Positions 16,481 to 25,685 of a stretch of 34,274 bases of DNA are shown here, in pieces (the stretch's first letter is position 1; every line of letters begins with the position of its first letter). The notes beneath the pieces were generated by a model. The model saw only the letters and a program-made list of their open reading frames with translations, made no database searches and had not been told where the DNA came from. The DNA is from a virus, in the IMG/VR virus record IMGVR_UViG_3300035102_000071, one strand, 5' to 3'. A program made the translations under genes and the position numbers.

Positions 16481-17464
16481 TCAACCACGCTTGGTGCGCA
16501 GGTGGCTTGTGGACGTTCCGGGTACTCCATAGCCAGCCGGGGAAGAGCCAGCAGGGGCATTGCCGAAGATCTTTTCGCCAATGGCGCTCTTGCGCTCCAT
16601 GAACTGCTGGAAGTTCTCGCCGTCCTTGGCATGTGTCTCGAACTGCATGTTGTACCACGCATCGGCGCTCATGGGAGCATCGGGTCCGCTCCCCGGCATG
16701 GTCGGGATAGACATTTCTCCAGCCTGTTCACGCAACGCCTGCATGAGCTGCACGCCTGTCGCATCCCTGCCAAGCTCCATGGCCCTGGCGTACATATCGT
16801 CAGTCAGGAGCCCTTGTTCCTTGAGACCGACGACCCAGGACTTGTTCGCGTTGACGAGAGCGGCGGCGTTCTTGCCCAGCTTCTCCCGTTCAGCGTCCAT
16901 GTTGAGAGGCTCGGGGAGCAATCCGTTCCATTCGATCATGACCGATTCCACCAGAGTCTTGAACTGCTTGTCCGTAAGACCAGCTTCCTTGGCCGCATTC
17001 GCCACGGCAGACATTGCCGGATCGTCGCTGGCTATCTCCTTGAACTTCTCCGTCCCGTCAGGCATAACGAATTTGCCTTCCTCGTCCTGCACGGACTTGA
17101 AATACTCTGCCGCATCTTCCGGGGACTTCCCTTGCTGGCCGTTTTTCATGCGGTTGAACTCGGCCCTGAGGTCGTTGTAGCTCTTCGCCAGGGCGTCCAC
17201 GTTTACCTCTCCAGTCTCCTTGTTCAAGAACTGCTCAGGGATCTTCGTCTCGCCCTTCTGAGGCTCTTTCTCGCCCTTCTCGTCACCGGATGCCAACAGC
17301 CCTTCCGGTTGTGCCTTCTGTTCTTGCTGTTGTTCCGCAGCGTCAGCCTGCACGGCGTCTTCTGCCTGAACACCTTCACCAGAGTCCAGCAGACCGCCTT
17401 CGCCTTCCGGTTCAACGTCTGCAAAGTTCGCCAGCATGAACGCTTTCTTGAGTCGCTTGTTCAT
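16481..17464 (-). CDS. Scaffolding protein
   Basis: Highly acidic, predicted helical, with low-complexity E/K/Q/A runs. It lies between the portal and capsid genes. Confidence 0.7.
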   Translation of the reverse strand: MNKRLKKAFMLANFADVEPEGEGGLLDSGEGVQAEDAVQADAAEQQQEQKAQPEGLLASGDEKGEKEPQKGETKIPEQFLNKETGEVNVDALAKSYNDLRAEFNRMKNGQQGKSPEDAAEYFKSVQDEEGKFVMPDGTEKFKEIASDDPAMSAVANAAKEAGLTDKQFKTLVESVMIEWNGLLPEPLNMDAEREKLGKNAAALVNANKSWVVGLKEQGLLTDDMYARAMELGRDATGVQLMQALREQAGEMSIPTMPGSGPDAPMSADAWYNMQFETHAKDGENFQQFMERKSAIGEKIFGNAPAGSSPAGYGVPGTSTSHLRTKRG

Positions 17465-17488
17465 AAAATTTCTCCCTTCTGGTTATGA

Positions 17489-17920
17489 TTAGAGCCGTCC
17501 GCGAGCGTTTGCGCGCAGGTACGTGTCTCGTACCGTCGGTTCAGATGCCAGATATTGCAACATGATATTGTACAGGGGCGGACAATACCGCTGCCACTTT
17601 CCGCCGTCGGCCTGCATTGCCTGACAGAATTCTTCCATGAGGACGATAGGATTCTTCACCGGAGCGGGCACGTCCTCTTCGTCCACGTTAACCAGCCCAT
17701 CATCACGCTCAGGCTCGTCTACGGCCATATAGCGCACGAATCCGGGGCGCACCGCCTCAATCATGGAGCGGCTGGCCTTCTCGTCGCCAGCGTCCACCCT
17801 GCTCATGAGAGCGTTGACGGCCTCGATGGAAGGCAGCCCAAGCTTTGTCCAATGGTTATCATTCCCCTCGTCGAGTTTGTCCAGTGCACCTTCGATAGCC
17901 TCTTTCATGTAAATATCCAT
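17489..17920 (-). CDS. Hypothetical head-module protein (143 aa)
   Basis: AAGGAG RBS and tight spacing with neighbours. I recognised no motif. Confidence 0.6.
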   Translation of the reverse strand: MDIYMKEAIEGALDKLDEGNDNHWTKLGLPSIEAVNALMSRVDAGDEKASRSMIEAVRPGFVRYMAVDEPERDDGLVNVDEEDVPAPVKNPIVLMEEFCQAMQADGGKWQRYCPPLYNIMLQYLASEPTVRDTYLRANARGRL

Positions 17921-17922
17921 GT

Positions 17923-18258
17923 CTACTCCTTTTCTGCGTCTTTCACCAACCGTTCGATCTCGCGGATGATGCTGTTTTGTCCTTCCCGGAAGAAGCCATA
18001 ATAGATGGCGTTTTCGCCCTTCACCTCAGGGTTGAAGCACGGCTGTTCAATCGTCTTATCCCTCAGATACCGAAGAGCCGCAATCCCATACGCTCCACGG
18101 AAGCAGGTCACAAGGGCCATCTTCTGCACCTCAGATTCTGCCTGCTCTGATTCCATATGCCGCTCGGCCTTTTCCTGTGCTACTTGTTCGGTAGGCGTGG
18201 GCGTATCGTTAAGCCCTGCCCAACCCTTAGCCAGCCAATTAAAGTTCTGGTCTTCCAT
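17923..18258 (-). CDS. Hypothetical head-module protein (111 aa; possibly Bbp19-like)
   Basis: GGGAG RBS. CFRGAYGIAALRYLRDKT...EGQNSIIREIERL resembles a small family found next to portals in BPP-1-like podoviruses. This is tentative. Confidence 0.55.
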   Translation of the reverse strand: MEDQNFNWLAKGWAGLNDTPTPTEQVAQEKAERHMESEQAESEVQKMALVTCFRGAYGIAALRYLRDKTIEQPCFNPEVKGENAIYYGFFREGQNSIIREIERLVKDAEKE

Positions 18259-18276
18259 ATTTTGCTCCCTTCTGGT

Positions 18277-19890
18277 TTATTGCGGTGCCTGACCCTGTCC
18301 GGGTGACGGTTGCCCCTGCGCCTGTTGGGCCTGCATTTGTTGCATTTGAGCCTGTGCAAGCATCTGGACCACCATCTGCTGCAATTGCGTACGTTCAGTG
18401 GGCGATCTGACCAAATCAGAGTCAACGCCCATCTTCTCGCTCAGGTATTCCGGGATGTCCTCGACCTTGGCCCCGAGCATGAACGCTTCCATGCCGAGGC
18501 TCTGTACGACCTGCATCCAGTTTACGGTGCTCTGAACATCTGCAAGGTCCTGGCTCTTCGCCAACGGGCTGATAACCTGTACGTCAATCACGGAACCATT
18601 CACTCGGACCTTATCCAATCCCGGTATGTTCAGGATCTTGCGCTTGATCAGGATGTTGATAGTCCTCTGCATCAAAGGGCGTACGAACTCAGACATGATG
18701 CGCCCGAATGGGCTACCAATATCCTGCTGCAATTCACGCTGCTTGGCTATGATATACGTGGCCGACTGCACCGCGTCAGTCATATCCGGTATCTTGTCAT
18801 CGAACAACGTGGTCTTGATGCTCATCTTGAGATCTTCCATGACCAGCTGGCTGACATCGAAGTTGCCGGGAGGAGTAAGAGGAACTAGGCTTGGGCCGAA
18901 CGCCGCACCGGCATTACGCTGTACGGGGATGATCGCACCAGGCCTGATCTGCACCGTGTGTGGGTTCATCACGCCGTCATCTACTGCTGTCCAGACACCA
19001 GCCATCGCAAAGCTAGCATTCTTGAGAACAAGCTCCTTCGCCTTGTTGAGCGTCTTGGCATCCGGCAGAGCATAAATGACAGGGCCGCGACCATTAATCT
19101 CATTCGCTGCCTTGATCCAGCGGGTGATAATCCAGGGGCTTTCATCCATGTCCCGTTCAACGATGCGATCTGCGGCCTCTTTGCCGCTACCCTTCCAGTG
19201 GATAACGACATCATAGTACCAAGTGTCTTCCTTGTGGTCATAGTAGGTGACTTCGTCCAACCTTATTTTGCGTTCGGCGTTGCACTCTTCACTGACAAAC
19301 TTGTCCCAGCCTTCCGGGAATTCGGCGTCCGGCCACGTCTCATCAATGGCCCGTGCCTCCATCTCATACTTGCGGAATACGCCGTTCACCTTGCCGTATG
19401 CGCCCTGCTGTAAGGCCACCTCGTAGAAAGGCACAGCCACGTACCGTACAGGCGCGAAATCATCACCCTCAAGCACGAGCATCACGCCTGTACCAATAGC
19501 GAGATCAAGCAGAAACTCATTTACAGCCGTATCAAAGTCACTCGACTGGATAGCGCCGAACGACACGTCCCGGATATATTCCAGAGTGCGCCGTGCTTCC
19601 GTGGTCTGCTCGTCAGGTACGGCAGGGCCGGGGACGAGGTTCGCCCACTTGCTGAACGGAGGGAACAGCTCAGACTGGATACGGTTAGCAAACCGTGCCG
19701 TGCTGGTCATCAGCGTGGAGTCGAACACCTTGTCCATCTTATGCTGGCCGGGATTCTTCGGCAGGTCGCACAGGTTGCGGTTAGGCAATGCCAGTTCATA
19801 GGCATCCTGCAACAGCGAGTGCCATTGTTCTTTCCTGGCCCACGCCTGTTCCTTGCGTTTCATCAGGCCCTTGACTGAGATTCGTGCCAT
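18277..19890 (-). CDS. Portal (head-tail connector) protein
   Basis: 537 aa, located between the terminase and scaffold genes. The N-terminus KRKEQAWARKEQWHSLLQDAYELALPNRN...DSTLMTSTARFANRIQSELFPP is typical of T7-type connectors. Confidence 0.85.
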   Translation of the reverse strand: MARISVKGLMKRKEQAWARKEQWHSLLQDAYELALPNRNLCDLPKNPGQHKMDKVFDSTLMTSTARFANRIQSELFPPFSKWANLVPGPAVPDEQTTEARRTLEYIRDVSFGAIQSSDFDTAVNEFLLDLAIGTGVMLVLEGDDFAPVRYVAVPFYEVALQQGAYGKVNGVFRKYEMEARAIDETWPDAEFPEGWDKFVSEECNAERKIRLDEVTYYDHKEDTWYYDVVIHWKGSGKEAADRIVERDMDESPWIITRWIKAANEINGRGPVIYALPDAKTLNKAKELVLKNASFAMAGVWTAVDDGVMNPHTVQIRPGAIIPVQRNAGAAFGPSLVPLTPPGNFDVSQLVMEDLKMSIKTTLFDDKIPDMTDAVQSATYIIAKQRELQQDIGSPFGRIMSEFVRPLMQRTINILIKRKILNIPGLDKVRVNGSVIDVQVISPLAKSQDLADVQSTVNWMQVVQSLGMEAFMLGAKVEDIPEYLSEKMGVDSDLVRSPTERTQLQQMVVQMLAQAQMQQMQAQQAQGQPSPGQGQAPQ

Positions 19891-19894
19891 AATG

Positions 19895-20116
19895 CTACCC
19901 GCCCAAGGTCGTGGACTTCACACCCTGTTCACCGGTTTCCTCGAACAACGTGGCCGAACGCCTACGTCCCTGCTGACCGGACAGAAGCCGCTGACGCGCT
20001 TCCAGCGTGGCCTGTTCCTCCTCCTCTTGCTTCTGGATTCTCGCCAACTGTGCGTCCTGCGCGGACGTATCGACCTTAGAGCCGCCACCGAAAATTGAGC
20101 TTATGGCTTTACCCAT
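19895..20116 (-). CDS. Small hypothetical protein (73 aa)
   Basis: I trimmed it to ATG 20116 (AGGAG 7 nt upstream, 2 nt after the upstream TAA). The 152-aa track form would overlap the upstream gene. Confidence 0.55.
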   Translation of the reverse strand: MGKAISSIFGGGSKVDTSAQDAQLARIQKQEEEEQATLEARQRLLSGQQGRRRSATLFEETGEQGVKSTTLGG

Positions 20117-20118
20117 GG

Positions 20119-20583
20119 TTATTCTCCTTTTACCACGACCTTGGCCCCGAGGTACAAGAGGCGTCGGCATAATTGATATGGCGTCTGGACCTCCCAACAC
20201 GAAAGGCCCAGAACTGATTTCACGACACTCACGCAGGTCATTAGCCCACGGCTTCCTAAAACTCGCTCTCCGGGCAATTGTGCGCGATATTTCAGTATAG
20301 CCGTTGCCCCCTGCCTGTAGAAATCCTTGCAGACGTCGTCCGGTGAAGCCCACCAGATGTCCACGTCCGTGTGGCTGTTCGTGTATTCGATCTTCGCCGT
20401 GTACTGGTCAGCCATCAGCCCGGGGCTTGGCTTATAGATCGTGTAGAACATCCAGCAATGGCGGAATCCGGGCTTGGTAAACCCGTCCCACCAACGGCCT
20501 TCTCCGTCCTGGAAGACGATGTACGCGTCTAAAGCCTTGTTCACGGCCACAACTCCAGGATATGAGCCCATACGTATGTCCAT
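20119..20583 (-). CDS. Hypothetical protein (154 aa)
   Basis: ATG start, located between the terminase and portal genes. I recognised no motif. Confidence 0.6.
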   Translation of the reverse strand: MDIRMGSYPGVVAVNKALDAYIVFQDGEGRWWDGFTKPGFRHCWMFYTIYKPSPGLMADQYTAKIEYTNSHTDVDIWWASPDDVCKDFYRQGATAILKYRAQLPGERVLGSRGLMTCVSVVKSVLGLSCWEVQTPYQLCRRLLYLGAKVVVKGE

Positions 20584-20706
20584 GTCCAGAAACAGCCAAC
20601 CACGAATCCGGCCACGAGATAGAACCGCAGGTAGTCACGCCCCACGGTCTTGGCCCAATGCCATTTCACCCGACACCACAGTTTGAAATGCTCCCTTCTG
20701 GTCAAA

Positions 20707-22320
20707 TCAATCTCCAAACACGTTAAAATCTACAACGCTAGGGTTATTCCCTGGTACATACCCGGCACCCACCTCATGGGCGTGCGGAGTACGCATATCT
20801 CGCGCCTCACCGCCACCACACAGCAAGTATCCGAGCGCATCAGCCACATCAGAATATGGATGGTCCTTACACGGCACATCGCTATACCGCTCTTCTCCGC
20901 TTACCTGTAGACGCCTGTAGCACCACTTACCGGCCAGGGCCTTGATAAGCTGCTTGCATCGCGCATTGATAATAATACCCGGCCTGCTGTCCGGCATCAT
21001 GCGCCCAAACGGGGCCTTGATAGCTTGTACGCGCATCTTGACATCGTTGGTCGGCGCCGGGCTGATGGGAATATTCCGCTGTCGCATATGATCGAATGCG
21101 CTGGTTTCGAACAGTTCGTCACGCTTGAACCCCGCAGGGTCCCCCCAGGACTCGGTCAGGCTCTTGCCATCGTACCGCTGCGCCAAGGTCGCGTGTATCT
21201 GCTCGCAGAAGCGATGCAGTCCCATATCCTGGCAGACGACCTCGTCATGTATAACCCACATGCCCGTAAAAGGGTGACGTTGCCCCAGGACGAACGACGG
21301 GGCCAAGGTGCCGCCGCCGATATCTCCGCCTCCCAAAAGTGGCGCGTCGTCGATATACGGGGTATCCGGGAGTACATGCACATTCACGTTGAACTCACTG
21401 ATTACGGGCTTACCGTCCGCAACAAGTCCATTGCGAGCTTGGTAATAGACCTTGATGTGCTCCTTGTCCTTGCCAGACAAAAGCTCTGGATAGTACGCAC
21501 CTTTCGCTCTTGGGTCCTTATCCGGATTGACCACCTCATCAAATGGCAGATTCGGCAGGTTCTCCGCTTTCGGGTTGACCGTCCAATACGTATCCCGGCT
21601 GCTTTGGAAAATGTAGTCCTGTTTTTGTTCAATAATGCGTATGGGCTCTTCACTGACGCTCTCCCAATGGGCACCCTTGTTCTCTACCTGGAGGACGGCC
21701 GGAGGCTGCCGGAAAAACGCCCATCCATCTGGTTTCTCCCGTTCGGTCTGGCAATATGGGTGATCGTCTTCCATGGCGTTTGAATCGCCAATGACACCGC
21801 GCCAAGTGCATTCAACGCCACGGCTGCCCATGCTCGGGTATCGGCCCACGCGCTCGATGGCATTTTGAATCAGCTTCCACGGGATAGACCGAAATTCGTT
21901 GAACCAGATGATAGATCCTTCCCATGAGAGCAACTTGGCCACGTCCTTGGGTTTGTCCAGGCCGATGAATTCGACCAACAAATCCAGTCCGGTATAATTC
22001 TTCCTGGTAGGGATTTTTATGTGATGCTTGAGCGGATTGTAAACAATCTGTCCGCACGACTCCTCAGAAAACAGGGTGGACCATGTCTGCAGAGTCGTGC
22101 TGCGTAGCTCCGGCATGGTGTTGCGAACGACCATAGCCTTAAAATAGCGGGTGTTGTCATCGGGTGACGGCTCCTGAAGCAAAGCTCTGCGCATGATCTC
22201 CGTACAGCAGCCGGTGGACGTGCCGGACCCGACAGGCCCGACAATGAAGCGATACTTGCTATCATCGGTCATAAAACGCCACAAGGTCGGCGAATGCTCA
22301 AAGCTTATTTGCTTTTCCAT
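20707..22320 (-). CDS. terL: Terminase large subunit
   Basis: Walker A motif VGPVGSGTS near the N-terminus. The size and the position before the portal fit. I prefer ATG 22320 over the GTG at 22347. Confidence 0.85.
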   Translation of the reverse strand: MEKQISFEHSPTLWRFMTDDSKYRFIVGPVGSGTSTGCCTEIMRRALLQEPSPDDNTRYFKAMVVRNTMPELRSTTLQTWSTLFSEESCGQIVYNPLKHHIKIPTRKNYTGLDLLVEFIGLDKPKDVAKLLSWEGSIIWFNEFRSIPWKLIQNAIERVGRYPSMGSRGVECTWRGVIGDSNAMEDDHPYCQTEREKPDGWAFFRQPPAVLQVENKGAHWESVSEEPIRIIEQKQDYIFQSSRDTYWTVNPKAENLPNLPFDEVVNPDKDPRAKGAYYPELLSGKDKEHIKVYYQARNGLVADGKPVISEFNVNVHVLPDTPYIDDAPLLGGGDIGGGTLAPSFVLGQRHPFTGMWVIHDEVVCQDMGLHRFCEQIHATLAQRYDGKSLTESWGDPAGFKRDELFETSAFDHMRQRNIPISPAPTNDVKMRVQAIKAPFGRMMPDSRPGIIINARCKQLIKALAGKWCYRRLQVSGEERYSDVPCKDHPYSDVADALGYLLCGGGEARDMRTPHAHEVGAGYVPGNNPSVVDFNVFGD

Positions 22321-22391
22321 GTCATCACCAGCGCGATAAGAACGCACGCGGCTACGCCAACCACGAAAAAGGCGCTACACGCCGCGATCAT
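22305..22391 (-). CDS. Possible 28-aa hydrophobic peptide
   Basis: MIAACSAFFVVGVAACVLIALVMTWKSK fills the gap between the 122-aa ORF and terL and overlaps the terL start. It is very short. Confidence 0.25.
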   Translation of the reverse strand: MIAACSAFFVVGVAACVLIALVMTWKSK

Positions 22392-22392
22392 T

Positions 22393-22761
22393 TCAACCCA
22401 CAGTCGTAACATCCCCACGCTCCGCATCCCGTTTGGGCATTCTGTATTTCTGGTGGTGGTACTGCTTGACGATCTGCACGCACTCGTCACGGCTCAGGCT
22501 GTCCCAGGGAAGGCCTTGGACGAGGCCAGACGGCAAAAAGTTCGCGCTGTGCGGGTCATGGCTGATCCCCTTGCCCGCAGCGCGCGCACTGAGCCTGTGC
22601 CGACGCATCTCGTCGCGCCCAACGCTCTCCCACCAACGTCGGGCCTCTTCGACTACGACGCAGACAGGGACGCCGGTATCCAGCACCGCGTCCGAATCGT
22701 ACTTGCTCCAGTCCAGCAGGCCGCGCTGTTTCACGCCACCCAAATCTTTTATGTCTGCCAT
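22393..22761 (-). CDS. Hypothetical protein (122 aa)
   Basis: ATG start, in an operon-style tight array. I recognised no motif. Confidence 0.6.
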   Translation of the reverse strand: MADIKDLGGVKQRGLLDWSKYDSDAVLDTGVPVCVVVEEARRWWESVGRDEMRRHRLSARAAGKGISHDPHSANFLPSGLVQGLPWDSLSRDECVQIVKQYHHQKYRMPKRDAERGDVTTVG

Positions 22762-22768
22762 ATCGTAC

Positions 22769-22864
22769 CTAGTCCATTTTGACGGCCACGGCCTTAACCA
22801 GCGGTCCCTTGCCCCTCTGGCTCACATCGCCATTAATCCCGAAACTATCGATGTCGAAACTCAT
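22769..22864 (-). CDS. Possible 31-aa ORF
   Basis: Its start forms an ATGA overlap with the upstream 58-aa ORF. It is very short. Confidence 0.25.
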   Translation of the reverse strand: MSFDIDSFGINGDVSQRGKGPLVKAVAVKMD

Positions 22865-23037
22865 AGCTCGCCTCTCTCCATCATGCGCTGTTCGGCCCTG
22901 CAAAAGGCTAGGCAGAAGAGATTTTCGTCCTCGCAATCACCGAGCTCCACAGCCAAGTATGTCTCACCGTTTGGGTACGTGTGTTCCCAGATAGTCAAGG
23001 TGTCACCGTTGCCGTCTTTGGCCGTCGTCCTATGCAT
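22861..23037 (-). CDS. Hypothetical protein (58 aa)
   Basis: ATG 23037 lies 3 nt after the upstream TAG, with GGGAGTG upstream. It falls below the ORF-track length cut-off. Confidence 0.45.
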   Translation of the reverse strand: MHRTTAKDGNGDTLTIWEHTYPNGETYLAVELGDCEDENLFCLAFCRAEQRMMERGEL

Positions 23038-23040
23038 GTT

Positions 23041-23286
23041 CTACACTCCCTGGAAGTCTCTAGCCTTAATAGTCGCTCCGCCACCCACGAGACCACCCTT
23101 GAGGTCATCCTGCTGGTACTGAGCGCACACAGACAGCTCGATTACCCTGGACGCGCTCGGATGCTGCGGGGACTGAGCCACGCGCAACACCCAATCACGG
23201 TGCCGAGGACGCAGGCAGCGCTCGGCGAACAGGATGCCCACTTCCTCGTCCGTAAGTTCTTCTATCCTTCTGGTCTGGTCGATCAT
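23041..23286 (-). CDS. Hypothetical protein (81 aa)
   Basis: Its start forms an ATGA overlap with the upstream 43-aa ORF. Confidence 0.55.
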   Translation of the reverse strand: MIDQTRRIEELTDEEVGILFAERCLRPRHRDWVLRVAQSPQHPSASRVIELSVCAQYQQDDLKGGLVGGGATIKARDFQGV

Positions 23287-23414
23287 CCTTGCTTCCTCCT
23301 CTTAGCCTTCTCCGCCTCTATCGCTCGGCCCTGGCGTTCAGCATCAGACTTGCGCTTGTACACCTTGCCGTGCTTCCCCCAGCGGTAGCCACCTTTCACC
23401 TTGTGGACAGGCAT
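23283..23414 (-). CDS. Small basic protein (43 aa, KGGYRWGKHGKVY motif)
   Basis: MPVHKVKGGYRWGKHGKVYKRKSDAERQGRAIEAEKAKRRKQG. The GGYxWGxxGKxY...A..Q..AI pattern recurs in small phage proteins. TGATG coupling upstream. Confidence 0.5.
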   Translation of the reverse strand: MPVHKVKGGYRWGKHGKVYKRKSDAERQGRAIEAEKAKRRKQG

Positions 23415-23605
23415 CACAGCACCACAGCGAGAGCCAGCCCGACGAAGAAAGCACCAGCTGCAACGATGTACGGCCAGTACTTGGCCCAGAAGCTCTCTGC
23501 GGCGTCCTCAGCCTTCTTGTACGCCTTCTGCGTCTCTTCCTTGAGCTCGTTGACAGCGTGTTCAGCTGCGTCCCCAGCCTGTTTCTTGATCTCGTCAATC
23601 TTCAT
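23414..23605 (-). CDS. Tail-anchored small membrane protein (63 aa)
   Basis: Strong AAGGAGG RBS. Helical charged N-terminus and C-terminal TM segment YWPYIVAAGAFFVGLALAVVL. Confidence 0.6.
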   Translation of the reverse strand: MKIDEIKKQAGDAAEHAVNELKEETQKAYKKAEDAAESFWAKYWPYIVAAGAFFVGLALAVVL

Positions 23606-24053
23606 GGTCGGCCTCCTTCGGGGCGATAATGGTTAACCCGGTGAACGCTGAGCCGTCACCTGTGTGGTGCTGCTCTACGCGGTCGCCGTACTTCTTAGGC
23701 ATCCTCTTGGCGGCAATCCACTTCCTGGCATCCACCATGAGCCTGGCTCTGTTGATAGCATCATGATTAACGGCTGGGTACTCTTCGCCGTCCTTACCCA
23801 CCCTCATGACGACATCGTGTCGGTTGTCATCCGCAATGGCCTTAATATCCTCAACGTCCAACTCGGTGAGCATGTCACGAGCTCGCGCGTAGCGTTCCGC
23901 AAACTCCTCGTGGATACTCAACCACTTGAACATCGTAGATACAGCAATCCCTTCCGCTTTGCATATTTGACGAGTGGTCTTTTCGTCTATGACCATCTCA
24001 CAAACACGATCGACGAACTCTGATGTGTACTTTGTCGGTCTTCCGCCTGGCAT
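23595..24053 (-). CDS. terS: Terminase small subunit (HTH)
   Basis: MPGGRPTKYTSEFVDRVCEMVIDEKTTRQICKAEGIAVSTMFKWLSIHEEFAERYARARD is the typical terS N-terminal HTH. I prefer ATG 24053 over the GTG at 24059. Confidence 0.8.
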   Translation of the reverse strand: MPGGRPTKYTSEFVDRVCEMVIDEKTTRQICKAEGIAVSTMFKWLSIHEEFAERYARARDMLTELDVEDIKAIADDNRHDVVMRVGKDGEEYPAVNHDAINRARLMVDARKWIAAKRMPKKYGDRVEQHHTGDGSAFTGLTIIAPKEADHED

Positions 24054-24417
24054 CGTCACTTACCGATAAGCTATACGTTCACACCAAAACACCCGTAGCA
24101 TTTATCAGGACCAGATGCATACCCGCACCGTTTTCCCGGAGGCGGCTGGCTGGGCGTCGTCCCCTTTGTGGTTTTTATACCACGTTCCAGCTCTTTTATA
24201 CAGTCCTGTTTATCGGCTTCACCTCGGGGACGCTTGGAGTGCGCGTCTGGCCTCATCGCCTATCCGAGATCACGCCAGGGCCGGGTCAGCCCGCTATGAG
24301 ACACCGTTTATAGTGACTCCTGTCACTGATGCCGCTTTCTGTAGCCGTATCCCCTGGTTTTCGCCATCTGCACATGCTGAGCATGTACGCGCTTGAAAAA
24401 CGGATACCACTCAGCCA

Positions 24418-24738
24418 TTACACACGGCTGAGACGATCTACAAATGCGGTGAACTTGGCACCGGAGGTAAGGCTTGCCGGGGTGAACTTGATCTTGTCGT
24501 ATCTCCCGTTTGCCGTCTGGGTGTCCGGGGCCGTGCAGTCGAACGTGTTGCCCAACAGCACATAGTCAGACCCACCACGGGGCAGGGCTGAGATGGAAAC
24601 CGTGCCGCCTGAGGCCGTTCCGGTAGTGATCTCAAGAGAAAATTGGAGACTGGCATAACGCCTGTCCAGGATCTCGAACTCGACAGCGGTCGCGTTGTCC
24701 GCGCTCTCCTCACTCAAAGGCCAGTATTCGCTACTCAT
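24418..24738 (-). CDS. Hypothetical protein (106 aa)
   Basis: AGGAG RBS. Looks beta-rich. I recognised no motif. Confidence 0.6.
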   Translation of the reverse strand: MSSEYWPLSEESADNATAVEFEILDRRYASLQFSLEITTGTASGGTVSISALPRGGSDYVLLGNTFDCTAPDTQTANGRYDKIKFTPASLTSGAKFTAFVDRLSRV

Positions 24739-24747
24739 GACAAACTC

Positions 24748-24960
24748 CTATATAAACGCTGATTTAATCATTTCATACACGGTCCTGATAAGAGCAATGG
24801 CAGTCAAAAGTGACACTACACCGACCACAACCCAACCAATGGCTTCACGTACTGTCACCGGTTTTGTGTGTTGCTGCTCTTGGATAGGGCATACCGGACG
24901 ATATTTTGCAAGTTCCTCCTGCACGATCTTGCGTATTTCGTCGCTGATTTCCCTGTCCAT
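24748..24960 (-). CDS. Tail-anchored membrane protein (70 aa)
   Basis: C-terminal TM segment AIGWVVVGVVSLLTAIALI. It lies downstream of the lysis genes. Confidence 0.55.
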   Translation of the reverse strand: MDREISDEIRKIVQEELAKYRPVCPIQEQQHTKPVTVREAIGWVVVGVVSLLTAIALIRTVYEMIKSAFI

Positions 24961-24972
24961 GGACCATCCTTT

Positions 24973-25227
24973 CTACCCCGCCAGAATCTTATAAATCAAT
25001 GCAACCGATTGGGCCAAGACCACGGTGAATAGGAACCAAGTCATTTTTTGGAGATGCCCGATCTGGACGGCACGGGAATCACATGGCAATTGAGATAACC
25101 GTTTGTCATGTTCACTAACCTTGGCTTGCAGCGTGGCTTTTATCTCACGGACATCCTCAGATGTGGCCGCTGTCCTTTCATCCAAACGAATGAGGAGTTC
25201 TGAATACCCGGTCTCGGTCATCATCAC
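24973..25227 (-). CDS. Tail-anchored membrane protein (84 aa; possible i-spanin-like or holin-accessory protein)
   Basis: Helical N-terminus and C-terminal TM segment MTWFLFTVVLAQSVALIY. GTG/ATG/ATG start cluster. Confidence 0.55.
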   Translation of the reverse strand: MMMTETGYSELLIRLDERTAATSEDVREIKATLQAKVSEHDKRLSQLPCDSRAVQIGHLQKMTWFLFTVVLAQSVALIYKILAG

Positions 25228-25370
25228 TCCTCATCGACTAGCATCTCTTTGTATGCCGGGTGTACAGCAGACATGTCCAGGCGGGTTGTCAGCGGGATGG
25301 CTTGGCCTCTTCCGTGACAATCCAATTTGGACCATGATTCAAACTGCTGTGGGTAAATCGTTATCTCCAT
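25224..25370 (-). CDS. Possible 48-aa ORF
   Basis: ATG 25370 with AGGGGG 3 nt upstream. Its stop overlaps the next start cluster. It fills an otherwise 188-nt gap. Confidence 0.3.
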   Translation of the reverse strand: MEITIYPQQFESWSKLDCHGRGQAIPLTTRLDMSAVHPAYKEMLVDEE

Positions 25371-25415
25371 GCACCCCCTGTAAACTGTTTTCCAATTTTG
25401 TGCAACTACGCCACC

Positions 25416-25685
25416 TCAGCGGTTTTGACGTTCCCGGTGTATAGGAACATGCGCTCTTTTGGGGTCAACATTCCAGACGGGTCTATGACCCGTGAATCCC
25501 TCTTGCGCTTCTTCCGGGACCGACCAGTATTCTTCACAATCTTCATTCGTATTCTCCCTGTTTAAGTGCTCTGCCCAGGCTCGGACCTCGGCCAGAGGCG
25601 AAGGTTTAGGTTCCACCCAGTACGGCTTAAAAGCTGCCGAAAGGATAGCACACGACACGATGGGCAACAAGATCAGGAGCCGCAT
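25416..25685 (-). CDS. Secreted lipoprotein (o-spanin or u-spanin candidate)
   Basis: Signal peptide MRLLILLPIVSC with a lipobox-like IVSC. TAATG coupling to the endolysin gene. Confidence 0.6.
   Translation of the reverse strand: MRLLILLPIVSCAILSAAFKPYWVEPKPSPLAEVRAWAEHLNRENTNEDCEEYWSVPEEAQEGFTGHRPVWNVDPKRAHVPIHRERQNR

Noticed and set aside
15395-17488. Plus-strand ORFs of 314 aa and 381 aa (15395..16339 and 16343..17488).
   Set aside because: They are antisense to the capsid and scaffold genes. They have a biased L/R/G/V composition and no start context.
20584-20706. A hydrophobic reading frame (..VKWHWAKTVGRDYLRFYLVAGFVVGCFWTWTYVWAHILELWP) in the gap after terL.
   Set aside because: Only TTG, CTG or GTG candidates are available, and none is well spaced from the GGGAG. 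It cannot be supported from sequence alone, although it could be a real small membrane protein.
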